Assembly: GCA_020720565.1 (NCBI GenBank)
Contig: DYOK01000002.1
Coordinates: 1-36,003, forward strand
Direction of reading: 5' to 3'
Source of the DNA: Acetofilamentum sp.
GTDB lineage: Bacteria; Bacteroidota; Bacteroidia; Bacteroidales; JAFGXI01
DNA: 36,003 nucleotides
The first letter of the stretch is position 1. Each line of letters opens with the position of its first letter. This document shows, piece by piece, positions 1-10,000 of the stretch. The position numbers and the translations under genes are program-made. The notes below the pieces were generated by a model. That model did no database searches. It was not told where the DNA came from and worked only from the letters and a program-made list of their open reading frames with translations.

Positions 1-54
1 CCCCCGACCAGCTGATTACAAATCAGCTGCTCTGGCCAACTGAGCTACACCGGC
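1..54 (-). tRNA. tRNA-Thr (anticodon UGU), 3' portion cut off by the window edge
   Basis: Reverse complement reads GCCGGTGTAGCTCAGTTGGCCAGAGCAGCTGATTTGTAATCAGCTGGTCGGGGG. It shows an acceptor 5' arm, a GCTC/GAGC D-stem and a GCTGA/TCAGC anticodon stem with loop TTTGTAA (anticodon TGT). The T-stem begins with GGGGG; the rest lies left of position 1. Confidence 0.85.
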
Positions 55-56
55 AG

Positions 57-156
57 GTGGGTAAGCTACTTACATCGCACCGCTCAACCATTTACCCTTG
101 CTACCTTCCGATCCTGGGGGAGTTCAACAGGAGCTGGTCGTATAAGACTTACCCGC
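57..156 (-). ncRNA. ffs: Signal recognition particle RNA (small bacterial 4.5S type)
   Basis: The minus strand reads ...CCCCCAGGAUCGGAAGGUAGCAAGGGUAAAUGGUUGAGCGGUGCGAUGUAAGUAGCUUACCC. This matches the conserved domain IV core of 4.5S RNA (CCAGG..GGAAGG.AGCA...GAUGUAGCU). The 5' GCGGGUAAG pairs with the 3' CUUACCCAC. Ends are approximate to within about 4 nt. Confidence 0.8.
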
Positions 157-158
157 TG

Positions 159-189
159 CAAAAGTAGTTAAATTGAACTTTTTTACAAA
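159..189 (-). promoter_or_regulatory. Bacteroidota-type promoter for ffs
   Basis: The minus strand has TTTG (186-189), 19 nt, then TACTTTTG (159-166), directly upstream of the SRP RNA 5' helix. This fits the TTTG / TAnnTTTG (-33/-7) consensus. Confidence 0.65.
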
Positions 190-386
190 TATTTAAATCA
201 TTTTTTTGCAAAGGTGTCAACATGCTATCTCTAACCATGTGGGAAACAAATTGTTGAGTTAGTGTTATTTTAATTTTCTCGAGATTATTTTGAATAAAAT
301 TCTTTCTAAATTTGCTATTGAATAGATAGAAATGGAGTGAATTTCTGCTTTTTTCTTATTAAATGTAGCGATTTGGATTCTAATTA

Positions 387-416
387 CAAAAAATAACGGG
401 CAACCTAAGTTGCCCG
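387..416 (-). terminator. Rho-independent terminator
   Basis: Minus strand: CGGGCAAC-TTAG-GTTGCCCG (perfect 8-bp GC-rich stem) followed by TTATTTTTTG. Confidence 0.7.
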
Positions 417-487
417 CCAAACCCAAAAATAACTAATTATGAAAACGTAACTTTTTATGAAAAGAACTTTCAGTGATTGTTACGCTG

Positions 488-520
488 CAAAGATACAGAG
501 GTTAACGCTTAAATTGCAAA
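488..520 (-). promoter_or_regulatory. Orphan Bacteroidota-type promoter with no ORF downstream
   Basis: Minus strand: TTTG (517-520), 21 nt, then TATCTTTG (488-495). The next ~95 nt contain no ATG and end at the 387-416 terminator. Confidence 0.45.
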
Positions 521-593
521 TTTCTACTTATAAAATATGTTAAGTAGATGTTAACGAATCATAAAATGCAGATTTATAGCATGATAGAAAATC

Positions 594-1424
594 CTATTTT
601 AAAAAGTCTTTGGCTAAAATGGCGTCTTTTACTTTAGGCTTTCTCACCGACTCAACAAACGCAATTACAGTTCCAATAATAATTTCTGCTTCAACTTTTA
701 TAGGGATTTTGTTGGCATCTTTGCTTACCCATACCAAAATATCGGAATCCTCGTCGAATATTGTACCAGGAACTCCTTTTGTTCTAAATTTATGTGAAGG
801 ATATTTCTTTCCATTTTTATGTTCGACTATTTCATCGCCATCGTAGTATATGTTAATGGTAATCAATTTATCGTCCATAAATACCTTGATTGGGATTAAA
901 GCCCCTTTTTTAAGCAAACTAACGTCAATTGTTCTAAGGTAATAAACTGCCGATAACACGTCGAAAGCGGGTGCTTTATAAGCGACCACACTTGTTTTTT
1001 TTCCAATGGTGTTGTCGTCAATGTTATACCGTATTTGCCCCGAACTAGGATAAAAATAACACCAATTATATGCTCTGTGCGATCCTTCGGATGTGTTTCG
1101 TAAGAATTTTGTGGGTGTAAAATTGCTGGGGTCTACCCATGAGTGGAAATTATCTCGAACTTTAAAAATCCAATCGTAACTTGGGTACGACGAACCCGAA
1201 CTTAAGTATTGTATCAATTTTTGCCCCTGCTGAATGGTGTCTCGAACCGAGAATTTAACACTTGCGGCATCGACCCAAATAAATGCTAAATTATAATACA
1301 CTTTATATTGCACCGATTCGCCATCTTGAAATGGAATCGAATACTTGTTTTGTGCTTGAACCGAATCAATTCTAAAGTATAGAATGATACTAACAAGCAA
1401 AATCTTAAGCGTTAACCTCACCAA
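594..1424 (-). CDS. DUF3108-like secreted protein
   Basis: 276-aa ORF with a signal peptide (...RIDSVQA/QN). It has the N-terminal GESVQYKVYYNLAFIWVDAASVKF pattern typical of DUF3108 proteins. Non-ATG start (TTG or GTG). Overlaps the upstream gene by about 20 nt. Confidence 0.55.
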   Translation of the reverse strand: MVRLTLKILLVSIILYFRIDSVQAQNKYSIPFQDGESVQYKVYYNLAFIWVDAASVKFSVRDTIQQGQKLIQYLSSGSSYPSYDWIFKVRDNFHSWVDPSNFTPTKFLRNTSEGSHRAYNWCYFYPSSGQIRYNIDDNTIGKKTSVVAYKAPAFDVLSAVYYLRTIDVSLLKKGALIPIKVFMDDKLITINIYYDGDEIVEHKNGKKYPSHKFRTKGVPGTIFDEDSDILVWVSKDANKIPIKVEAEIIIGTVIAFVESVRKPKVKDAILAKDFLK

Positions 1425-1719
1425 TGTGTTTTTTTACCGATTCAATTTTCCCTTCTAATCTGTGGCTTGCTCCTTTTCGAATATCCATTTTAATAATAGT
1501 GTAAACTCGATCGGAGTATGGGTCGAGGGTATAATATGCTTTTGCAATTAATGCATTGGCTTCTTCGATGGTATTGGTTTCGAAGCTGGTTCCCATTGAT
1601 GCTAATTTGTATGGCACACCACTGTCGCGAATCATTTCGATAACTTTGCTCACCAATGGGCTTGCACTTTCGCCTTTTTTATCGGTAGGAAACATTGCAA
1701 ATTCTACAAGTACTGACAT
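1405..1719 (-). CDS. MTH1187/YkoF family thiamine-binding protein
   Basis: 104 aa. MSVLVEFAMFP...SPLVSKVIEMIRDSGVPYKL.SMGTSFE...KMDIRKG matches the family pattern. Confidence 0.75.
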   Translation of the reverse strand: MSVLVEFAMFPTDKKGESASPLVSKVIEMIRDSGVPYKLASMGTSFETNTIEEANALIAKAYYTLDPYSDRVYTIIKMDIRKGASHRLEGKIESVKKHIGEVNA

Positions 1720-1761
1720 TTTTTAGATTTTTTTAAATTTTATACAAAAGCGATAATGCGG

Positions 1762-2454
1762 TTATTCAATATACCTTTTCGTAACTCTAATTTCGACTCT
1801 ATTATTTTGCTCACGGCCTTCGGGTAGGGCATTCATGGCGATGGGCTCTTCGCTACCCATTCCAATCGATTTTATTCTGTGATCTTCGATTCCGTTTTTT
1901 ACAAAGTACGCTTTGATAGCTTTGGCTTGTGCTTCGGTTTTCGATTTCGAAATGAGTTTCGACTCAGAATTATCACTATGAACCGCGATTTGAATTTCCA
2001 TATTGGGATTGGACTTTAAAACTTCGAGCATCATTTCGAGTTCAAGTTCTGAACCTTCTTCGAGTGAGTGATCGGATTTAAAGCTCACACCTTTTATTAA
2101 CACCATGTCAGATGGATCGAAGGTGATGGTTACATCAAATGTAAATTTGCCTCTCGACGAAGGTATTTCGAGTGATGAGTGTTTAACTTTTTCGATTAAA
2201 TCTTTGTATCGCACATCATAAGTTTGTGACTTGGGTAGCAATATTTGGGCTTGACCCGTTTTGTTGGTGCTCACCATGTATTCAGTTTTATCTTTTCGAC
2301 TGATAAAAATTACAGTTTCGTTAGCTATAGGGTCTTGTTTGGTGTCCTTAACTACGACATTAACTAAAGCCTTCATTTCGTTGGGTTTTAAATCTTGAGC
2401 CCATAACGAATGCAGTGTAATTATACTTAGAAGAATTAAAAATAATGGCTTCAT
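1762..2454 (-). CDS. OmpA-family peptidoglycan-associated protein
   Basis: 230 aa with a signal peptide (LHSLWA/QD). The C-terminal OmpA-like domain ends in the NNRVEIRV motif. Confidence 0.75.
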   Translation of the reverse strand: MKPLFLILLSIITLHSLWAQDLKPNEMKALVNVVVKDTKQDPIANETVIFISRKDKTEYMVSTNKTGQAQILLPKSQTYDVRYKDLIEKVKHSSLEIPSSRGKFTFDVTITFDPSDMVLIKGVSFKSDHSLEEGSELELEMMLEVLKSNPNMEIQIAVHSDNSESKLISKSKTEAQAKAIKAYFVKNGIEDHRIKSIGMGSEEPIAMNALPEGREQNNRVEIRVTKRYIE

Positions 2455-2567
2455 AATTTTTGTTTTTGGTCTATGAATTTATTTTGGAAATGCAAATGAA
2501 AGTGAGTTTAATACGAACACAAGAAGATACTGATAAAAATACAAAAAATCCGAATATACCTTAATTC

Positions 2568-3362
2568 TTACACCGAAATATCGCCTTTTATATGCGGATG
2601 TGCTTCGTAATTGACAATACTGAAGTCTTCAAATTGATAACCGAAAATTGAGTTTACGTTTGGGTTAATTTGCAATGTGGGCAAATGGTATGGTGTTCGC
2701 ATTAATTGTAGTTTAACTTGCTCAATATGATTGAGATAAATATGAGCGTCGCCTAGAGTGTGTACAAAATCGCCTACTTGCAAACCGAGCTGATTGGCCA
2801 TCATATGAGTGAGTAGGGCGTAGGAGGCTATATTAAATGGTACACCTAGAAATACATCGGCACTCCGTTGATACAATTGACAAGATAATTTCTCATTGGC
2901 CACATAAAATTGAAACAGAATATGGCAAGGAGGCAAGGCCATATGCTCAATTTCACCTACATTCCATGCACTTACAATGTGCCGGCGAGAATCTGGGTTA
3001 TTTTTTAATGATGCCATCACTTGTTTGATTTGGTCGATATGGCGTCCATCTGCAGTGGGCCAAGAGCGCCATTGGTAACCATAAATTGGGCCTAGTTCGC
3101 CATCGGGTTTAGCCCACTCGTTCCATATTCTTACGCCGTTTTCTTGTAAATATTTTACATTGGTTTCGCCCTTTAAAAACCATAGTAACTCGTGTATGAT
3201 CGATTTCATATGGAGTTTTTTTGTGGTCAACAATGGAAATCCAGCGTTTAAATCGAACCGCATTTGATATCCAAAAATGGATTGAGTACCAGTTCCTGTT
3301 CGGTCGTGTTTAACAACGCCTTGGTCTAAAATTGTTTGCAGTAAGTTTAAATATGTTTGCAT
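2568..3362 (-). CDS. thyA: Thymidylate synthase
   Basis: 264 aa. Carries the DRTGTGT, PPCH..FQFYV and [18 protein letters not shown] signature blocks of ThyA. Confidence 0.97.
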   Translation of the reverse strand: MQTYLNLLQTILDQGVVKHDRTGTGTQSIFGYQMRFDLNAGFPLLTTKKLHMKSIIHELLWFLKGETNVKYLQENGVRIWNEWAKPDGELGPIYGYQWRSWPTADGRHIDQIKQVMASLKNNPDSRRHIVSAWNVGEIEHMALPPCHILFQFYVANEKLSCQLYQRSADVFLGVPFNIASYALLTHMMANQLGLQVGDFVHTLGDAHIYLNHIEQVKLQLMRTPYHLPTLQINPNVNSIFGYQFEDFSIVNYEAHPHIKGDISV

Positions 3363-3366
3363 ATCA

Positions 3367-3397
3367 CAAAGGTAAAAATGAATTAATCTGAATACAA
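3367..3397 (-). promoter_or_regulatory. thyA promoter; the -7 box ends 4 nt before the ATG
   Basis: Minus strand: TTG (3395-3397), 20 nt, TACCTTTG (3367-3374), then TGAT and the ATG. Confidence 0.5.
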
Positions 3398-3519
3398 TAA
3401 TAAGAAACCTTTATCGATTTCGAAACTAATTTGTTTTTAAGGAGGTTTTTTAAACGAAAATTTTTATATTTGACCTCAAGCAACTAATTTAGTCAACTGA
3501 TAATTCGAAATAACTTACC

Positions 3520-4305
3520 GTGAGTCTGAAGAAATACGTAACTAGCTTAATTCTAATGTTTACCGTGCTTTTTGTTGAAGGACAAGAGCTTAAATTGAGC
3601 GGTATTTACCAAGGTGACAACCTCTATGTAATGAATCCTTTTGCTGCAAATGGAGTCGGTTTTTGCATTCAAGAGGTGCGAGTGAACAATAAATTGAGCA
3701 CCGACGAGATTGGTTCGAGTGCTTTTGAGATCGATTTAAGCCAATATAACTTCAAAATTGGCGATCCTGTGTCGATTGTTATCAAACATAAAAGCAATTG
3801 TCAGCCCAAAGTTCTTAATCCCAATGTGATTCAGACTAAAAGCACTTTTAAAGTTTCGAAAATCGAAGTAGGAAAAGATAAAGTACTACGTTGGTCTACA
3901 ACCGACGAGTCGGGGGCACTAGATTTTGTTGTGGAGCAATACCGATGGAACAAGTGGGTCAAACTTGGAAAAGTTAAAGGTTTAGGAGGCAATAAACCGA
4001 ATCAATATACTTTTAATGTAAGCCCTCATTCAGGTCAAAACAAATTTAGAGTAAAACAAATCGATTATTCAAAAAAACCACGATATTCACCCGATGCTAC
4101 TTTCAATTCATTAAGCCCTTTTGTAAGTTTCAAAATATCTAAAACCGAAATTGTATTCTCTATGCCTACAATGTACGAAGTTTATGATGGCTATGGTAAT
4201 GTGGTTTTAGTTGGCAATGGAACCAATGCCGATATTAGTAAGCTTAAAGTAGGCGAGTATTTCCTCAATTACGACAACAAAATGGAAACTTTTAAGAAAA
4301 AGTGA
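3520..4305 (+). CDS. Hypothetical secreted protein with a possible T9SS C-terminal sorting tail
   Basis: 261 aa with a GTG start and signal peptide (LFVEG/QE). The C-terminus ...VYDGYGNVVLVG....ISKLKVGEYFLNYDNKMETFKKK resembles Por-secretion-tail domains. A TATATTTG box lies at 3465-3472 upstream. Confidence 0.5.
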   Translation: MSLKKYVTSLILMFTVLFVEGQELKLSGIYQGDNLYVMNPFAANGVGFCIQEVRVNNKLSTDEIGSSAFEIDLSQYNFKIGDPVSIVIKHKSNCQPKVLNPNVIQTKSTFKVSKIEVGKDKVLRWSTTDESGALDFVVEQYRWNKWVKLGKVKGLGGNKPNQYTFNVSPHSGQNKFRVKQIDYSKKPRYSPDATFNSLSPFVSFKISKTEIVFSMPTMYEVYDGYGNVVLVGNGTNADISKLKVGEYFLNYDNKMETFKKK

Positions 4306-4363
4306 CGTTCAACCACTTCTTCGTAAATGAGAACCTTTGTAGCATTCGTAAACCAACATTTTC

Positions 4364-5449
4364 ATGAAAAACAACTATTGTGTTATTATGGCCGGCGGCA
4401 TAGGAAGTCGCTTTTGGCCGCTCAGTCGTACCGACTATCCTAAGCAATTTATAGATATAATGGGAACTGGTCGTAGTTTAATTCAACAAACTTTTGACCG
4501 ATTTAAAACCCATGTCCCAGTTGAAAATTTTTTAGTGGTGACCAACCAATTATACAAAGATTTGGTTTTGGAACACCTCCCTGAGCTTACCCCTGAACAG
4601 ATATTGCTCGAACCGATGCGTCGCAACACTGCACCATGTATCGAATATGCCAATCAAGTCATTCAAAAGAAAAATCCGAATGCACTTATTGCAGTTACAC
4701 CAGCAGACCATATAATTATGGATTTGCCCGAGTTTAATAGAATTACACAAATAAGTTTCGATTTTGTTTCGGAGCACGATGCACTTCTTACCTTAGGCAT
4801 TAAACCCAATAGACCCGACACTGGCTATGGTTATATTCAGAAAGAAGCAGAGCAATCGCATGGAATCGACGATTTATACAGAGTTAAAACATTTACCGAA
4901 AAACCGAATCTCGAAATGGCTAATTTCTTTATTAGCAGTGGCGAATTTTCGTGGAATTCTGGCATTTTCTTTTGGTCTTTACAAAGTATTCAAGACTCGT
5001 TTTATAAATATTTACCCGATATTGTTCAGCTTTTCGACGAACAAAGTGCCCATATAGGAACTACTACCGAGCAAGACGCCATAAATGAAATCTATTCGGT
5101 TTGCGACAATATTTCTATCGATTATGGCATTATGGAAAAGTCTAAGAATGTTTATGTGTTAGCTTCCGACTTTGGCTGGTCCGATTTAGGTACTTGGGGT
5201 TCGTTGTTTGCTAATTCGCCTAAAGATGAGCTGAATAATGTGAAAAATGGAGAAAATGTGTTTCTTTACGATTGTAATAACTGTCTAATCAATGTACCTT
5301 CTAAAAAAGTCGTAGTGGTGCATGGGCTCGAAGGTTTTATTTTGGTAGAATCGAACGATACTATTTTGATTTGCAAAAAAGATGATGAGCAGAGCATCAA
5401 ACGCTTTGTTCAGGATGTACAGCATAAATTGGGCGATCACATTATGTAA
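4364..5449 (+). CDS. Mannose-1-phosphate guanylyltransferase
   Basis: 361 aa. N-terminal VIMAGGIGSRFWPLSR nucleotidyltransferase motif, ...GYGYI... and ...DFGWSDLGTW blocks. Confidence 0.85.
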   Translation: MKNNYCVIMAGGIGSRFWPLSRTDYPKQFIDIMGTGRSLIQQTFDRFKTHVPVENFLVVTNQLYKDLVLEHLPELTPEQILLEPMRRNTAPCIEYANQVIQKKNPNALIAVTPADHIIMDLPEFNRITQISFDFVSEHDALLTLGIKPNRPDTGYGYIQKEAEQSHGIDDLYRVKTFTEKPNLEMANFFISSGEFSWNSGIFFWSLQSIQDSFYKYLPDIVQLFDEQSAHIGTTTEQDAINEIYSVCDNISIDYGIMEKSKNVYVLASDFGWSDLGTWGSLFANSPKDELNNVKNGENVFLYDCNNCLINVPSKKVVVVHGLEGFILVESNDTILICKKDDEQSIKRFVQDVQHKLGDHIM

Positions 5450-5467
5450 GGTCTTTGAGCTATTTAT
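5447..5467 (+). repeat. Copy of the TTAAGGTCTTCGACCTATTT motif (degenerate) at a gene 3' end
   Basis: TAAGGTCTTTGAGCTATTTAT. The TAA is the stop codon of the guanylyltransferase gene. Confidence 0.5.
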
Positions 5468-5662
5468 TGTTTTGTAACTAGCTACACATCATATTCTTAG
5501 CTTAATTAAATAAGGCATTAGATTATACATATTACTAAATTTAGTTTTTTGAATTTATTAAAGTGCAAAAATATTTCAAAATGGGTTTTGATTTTCTTAT
5601 TATAAATTCCGAGCTCGATTAAATACTTAAACAAATAAGAAATCATCAATCATCAATTTGAC

Positions 5663-5971
5663 ATGTCCATCACAATAAGTCCCAGATTGATTAAAATTTT
5701 AAGTAACAAATATGTGATTGCCATAGTTGTTTTTCTGGTTATTGTATTGTTTGTAGATGATAATAGTTTGTTAGAACGCTTCGGGTTAATGGACGAAAGA
5801 AGTGAATTGAATGAACAAATTGAGTTTTACGAAAATGCGATTCAAGAAAACAATCGTAAATTCGAAGAACTTAAAACTAATTCGGATAATTTAGAAAAAT
5901 TTGCTCGCGAAGAATATTTTATGAAAAAAGACAGCGAAGATGTCTATATCATTGTCGAAAAAACTGAATAG
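5663..5971 (+). CDS. Septum formation initiator (FtsB/DivIC-like) family protein
   Basis: 102 aa with one N-terminal TM helix followed by a coiled-coil segment. Size and architecture are typical of the family. Confidence 0.6.
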   Translation: MSITISPRLIKILSNKYVIAIVVFLVIVLFVDDNSLLERFGLMDERSELNEQIEFYENAIQENNRKFEELKTNSDNLEKFAREEYFMKKDSEDVYIIVEKTE

Positions 5972-5991
5972 CAAAAAGCAAAAAATAAAAA

Positions 5992-6024
5992 AGCAGGCAA
6001 TTTCTATTTTGTCTGCTTTTTTTC
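5992..6024 (+). terminator. Rho-independent terminator
   Basis: AGCAGGC (5992-5998) pairs with GTCTGCT (6011-6017), including one G-T pair, and is followed by a T-run. Confidence 0.65.
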
Positions 6025-6115
6025 TGCGGAAAACTTTTTATCGAAATATTTATAAGAATTCCATCTCGGGTTTACTAGTATAAAATATTGTTTTATTGTT
6101 AGTTATAAAAACAAT

Positions 6116-6134
6116 AAATAGGTCGTAGGCCTTA
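6116..6134 (-). repeat. Copy of the palindromic motif (GGCCTACGACC variant) at a gene 3' end
   Basis: The plus strand reads AAATAGGTCGTAGGCCTTA. The TTA at 6132-6134 is the stop codon of the LOG gene. An AT-rich hairpin TTATTGTT/AACAATAA follows on the minus strand. Confidence 0.6.
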
Positions 6135-6833
6135 GAAATTTGGTTTTACAGAATTATTGGTGTAGAAATCGGCAATAAATTGAACCGCTTCATCGGCCGA
6201 ATCGACCAACTTGATTAAATCCATATCGGTGGCAGAAATGTTTCCTTCCACTAAAACAGCATTTTTAATCCATTCGATAAGTCCGCCCCAATAGGATTTG
6301 CCAACCAATACAATGGGGTATTTAGCTACTTTCTTGGTTTGAATCAAAGTGATGGCTTCGAACAATTCGTCAAAAGTTCCAAATCCACCAGGAAGTATAA
6401 TAAATCCTTGAGAATATTTCATTAACATCACCTTTCGGACAAAGAAATAATCGAAAGTTACCACCTTATCGTTGTCGATGTAAATGTTGGGATGTTGTTC
6501 AAATTCTAAATCAATATTTAAACCAACCGATTTACCTCCGCCTTGTTTTGCACCTTTGTTGGCCGCTTCCATAATTCCGGGGCCACCACCTGTTATCACG
6601 CCCAAGCCGAGTTGTGTGGCTTTAAAAGCAATCTCTTCGGCCAATTTGTAGTAGGGACTGGTTTCTTTAGTACGTGCAGAGCCAAACACGGTCACACAGG
6701 GGCCAATTTTAGTGAGTTTGTCGTAACCATTAACAAATTCAGACATTATTTTGAAAATTCGCCATGAATCAGATGATTTGATACTATCCCAATCTGAATC
6801 GATAAAGTTTTTTAAAACAGGGTTCTTTGCCAT
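6132..6833 (-). CDS. LOG family / TIGR00730 Rossmann-fold protein (nucleotide phosphoribohydrolase-like)
   Basis: 233 aa. GGGPGIMEAANKGA and PGGFGTFDELFE motifs. Confidence 0.85.
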   Translation of the reverse strand: MAKNPVLKNFIDSDWDSIKSSDSWRIFKIMSEFVNGYDKLTKIGPCVTVFGSARTKETSPYYKLAEEIAFKATQLGLGVITGGGPGIMEAANKGAKQGGGKSVGLNIDLEFEQHPNIYIDNDKVVTFDYFFVRKVMLMKYSQGFIILPGGFGTFDELFEAITLIQTKKVAKYPIVLVGKSYWGGLIEWIKNAVLVEGNISATDMDLIKLVDSADEAVQFIADFYTNNSVKPNF

Positions 6834-6872
6834 AAAATTAATTTGTTTAAATAAAGTAATGTCGTATTTGGT

Positions 6873-6892
6873 TTAAGGTCTTCGATCTATTT
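6873..6892 (+). repeat. Copy of the palindromic motif upstream of a gene start
   Basis: TTAAGGTCTTCGATCTATTT. Its TTAA end lies 39 nt from the LOG start codon. No plus-strand gene ends here. Confidence 0.6.
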
Positions 6893-7008
6893 GTTATTTT
6901 TTTAACATGTATTAAATCAGTTTTGTAGCTTAAAAATCACGCTGTATGTTAATCTAAGCACTTAAATAAGGCTATTAATAAAGGGTAAGTTGTTAATTTT
7001 TCAATTTT

Positions 7009-7019
7009 GAAGACCTTAG
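7009..7019 (-). repeat. Half copy of the palindromic motif at a gene 3' end
   Basis: GAAGACCTTAG. The TTA at 7016-7018 is the stop codon of the ABC gene; the left arm is missing. Confidence 0.4.
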
Positions 7020-10000
7020 TTGTCGGAATCTTTAAAAATTTTTGATGTCATCTTAGAAATGGCTTCGATAGCTTTTTTAAACAACTCTAAGTATAAAGCC
7101 AAGTAAAGTGAAATTGACAAGAACCAGAGCACAAATAAATTCATCCAGAAAGTGGAAATTTCAAAATTAAAGATTCGTTTAAATGGGGAATAGAAATGTG
7201 CTGTAATAAAGTGTCCTTCGGGGTCTTGATAGATTGGATCTATTTTCTGATATAATCGATTGTCGTATTCGATAATATTGTCGACTACGTTTTTATTACG
7301 TGCTAAATCGGAAAGTGCTTGGTTGAAGTTGTCTTGTTTTAATTTAATAAACAAGTCTTTTCCCTCTTCGGTCGCCTGCATTTTTCGCTTCATCTCATCT
7401 TGTTTCTGGTCGGAGCGCTTCGACACCGCTACATAATAATCTTTAAGTTTCGAAATGTAATCTTTAAGCTTTTTGTTAAGCATCTCGTTGTATGATTCGT
7501 AGCGGATTTTATCCACATCTTTAAATATAAAGTCTTCCGATTTGTCCTTGGTTAAAAAATATAAGTTTTCTTTACTGATCTCGTTACGCAATAATTCAAA
7601 ATTATCGATCATTTCTAATTTGCGTTCCGGTTGCTGATAATAACGATCGATGTTGCCGATTTTGTTTTTGAGATCGGTCAACCAATAGTCTTTCTTATAA
7701 TTGGCATTACTCCCCACTCGGTCAATCTGATAAAATAATCTTTCGTAATCATTTTCTTTATATTGATAGGTAGCTAATGCTTCGTAGGCCCAACGGGCTG
7801 GAATAATTTCGCCGTAGAAAGGGATGGTTCCAGGCTCGGTAATATGCGGGTTCAATTTTTCGAATTTTACCATAATCCCCGATAAAATAATATTGGGAAT
7901 GACCAAGAATGGGATTAAAATGTAGACTGTAATTGCCGTTTTAAAACTATTCGATATATTAAGTCCAAAGAGTATCGAAACCAACCATGAGCTAAACAAA
8001 ACCAACCAATATTGCCAGTACATGCCATTCATCTCGAGAATAAAATGCCCTACAAGTACAAAAAGAAAGGCTTGGATGGCTGATATGACGAGTAAAATGG
8101 CCACTTTCGACATCAAATAACTATTCCAACTTAAATTTAGGAATTCTTCTCGTTTGAGAATAAGTCTGTCTTTGATAATCTCTTCGGCACTTACTGTTAA
8201 ACCTATAAAAATGGCCACAATGACCGACATAAAAATATATACGGGTAAATTGTCGTTGTCGCTAAATAAATAACCTTTCGAAAATTCTGCATTAATATTG
8301 AAGTATTTAATTAAATACGACAAGAAAAAAGACAGAATGGGTGCTTCGAGCAAGTTGATGACCAAATATTGCTTGTTGCTTAGTTTCGAAAGTACATCAC
8401 GTTTGACAAAAACGCTAAATTGCTTAAGTTGATGAGGAACTTTAAATTCGTTTTGCGGTAAATTTCTCGATTGATTGAGTAGTTCGTTTTTGGCAATAAG
8501 TTCAGCTTCGAGATATTTTTGATAATGCGTTGACCAGTCTTGTGGACGTCTTTTTCGGTGAGATGTAATGTTGCCATATTCGTCCAAAACATTGGCCTCT
8601 ACTATATTAAAAACTTGCTCTGGGTTTACGTTACCGCAAATGTGACATTCGGATTCGTTCCAGTTGGCTTGATGCGAGCGGCTTTTGAAATAGATAATCG
8701 AGTCGACTGGGTCGCCCGAATAGATGAGGTACCCGCCGGTATCGAGTATCAACAATCTGTCGAACATTTTGAAAATGTCGGAAGAGGGCTGATGTATGAC
8801 CACATAAATAAGCTTACCTTTTAAAGCAAGCTCTTTAAGTAAGTCCATAATGTTTTCGCTGTCGCGAGACGAAAGACCCGAAGTGGGTTCGTCTAAGAAC
8901 AAGACAGAAGGCTCTCTAATAAGTTCTAAAGCAATATTGAGTCGTTTTCGTTGTCCACCCGAAATCTTTTTATTGAGTGGGTTTCCCACTTTCATATCTC
9001 TAATTTCGTATAAACCAAGGCTTTTCAGCATTGCTACCGTGGCACGTACAATCTGAAATTTTGAATAGTTTCCAAAGCAAAGTTGAGCGTTGAAGTAGAG
9101 ATTTTCGAAAACAGTTAACTCTTCGATTAGCAAATCGTCTTGCGATACAAACCCAATCAGACCTTCGATCAAGTCTTTTTCTCTATGGATATCGATTCCG
9201 TTAATGGTAACACTGCCTTCGGATGGTTGATAATTGCCATTCAATACATTAAGTAATGTCGATTTACCGGCACCACTGGCACCCATTATCCCCACAAGTT
9301 TACCAGTTTCTTCGATAAAACTCATGGGTTGTAGTCCAATTTTGCCACCTTTAAATCGATACACAACATCTTTAACCTCGAGTGTAATCTTATCGTTGTT
9401 TTGCGATTGATTAAAGATGCTCAGAATATCGCTATAATAAATGGGTCTAATTTTGGGGTTGCGAATCGAAGCACCAGGGTTGATGACATAAACTTTGTCG
9501 GGTTGCATCAACTGTCCATTGATATAAAGCTCTTTTGCATTCAGGTAACGCATCAAGAACATGCCCGAGGCTTTGATGTGATAGACACGAATCTGTCCAT
9601 CGAGACCCGGCGATTGAACGTGTACAACTTTGTCGTGTGCCAGTTTGACATCGCCATCGATAAAACACATACGCGACGAATTCGGTATCTTATCGAAAGA
9701 GTAGACTACAAATGCTTTGAGGCGAACATATTCATCTTCGGGGATATAAAAAGAATCGCTTACAATATATACAAATTCGAGTTCTTGTTCAGTAACTTCG
9801 CCAACGTCATCTTTTATAAATTCGAGCAAACGAAGTAAAACAATCACCTTTTGTTTTAATGTCAGCTCCTGATTAATTTCGGAACAAATTTTTAAAACTT
9901 TAACCGAGCTAAGGGCTAAGCTAGTATTGGGATTGTGGGTTTTCTTTTTTTGATATTCGCTATAGTATTTTTGAAAAACACTGATATAATCGTTAACTAA

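Noticed and set aside
2455-2567. Additional decayed copy of the palindromic motif (TTTGGTCTATGAATTTATTT at about 2473-2492)
   Set aside because: Only the GGTCT and TATTT parts match and the second arm is absent. This is too weak to count.
610-6767. Other short overlapping ORFs (610-846, 2837-3028, 4550-4777, 4827-5057, 6543-6767)
   Set aside because: Each is antisense or out of frame within a recognised CDS (DUF3108, thyA, guanylyltransferase, LOG).
8380-9838. ORF-track entries inside or antisense to the ABC gene (8380-8592, 8540-8824, 8850-9056, 9401-9838, 9447-9668)
   Set aside because: They lie wholly within a well-supported 1035-aa CDS, have no recognisable motifs and have odd composition. 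They are shadow ORFs.
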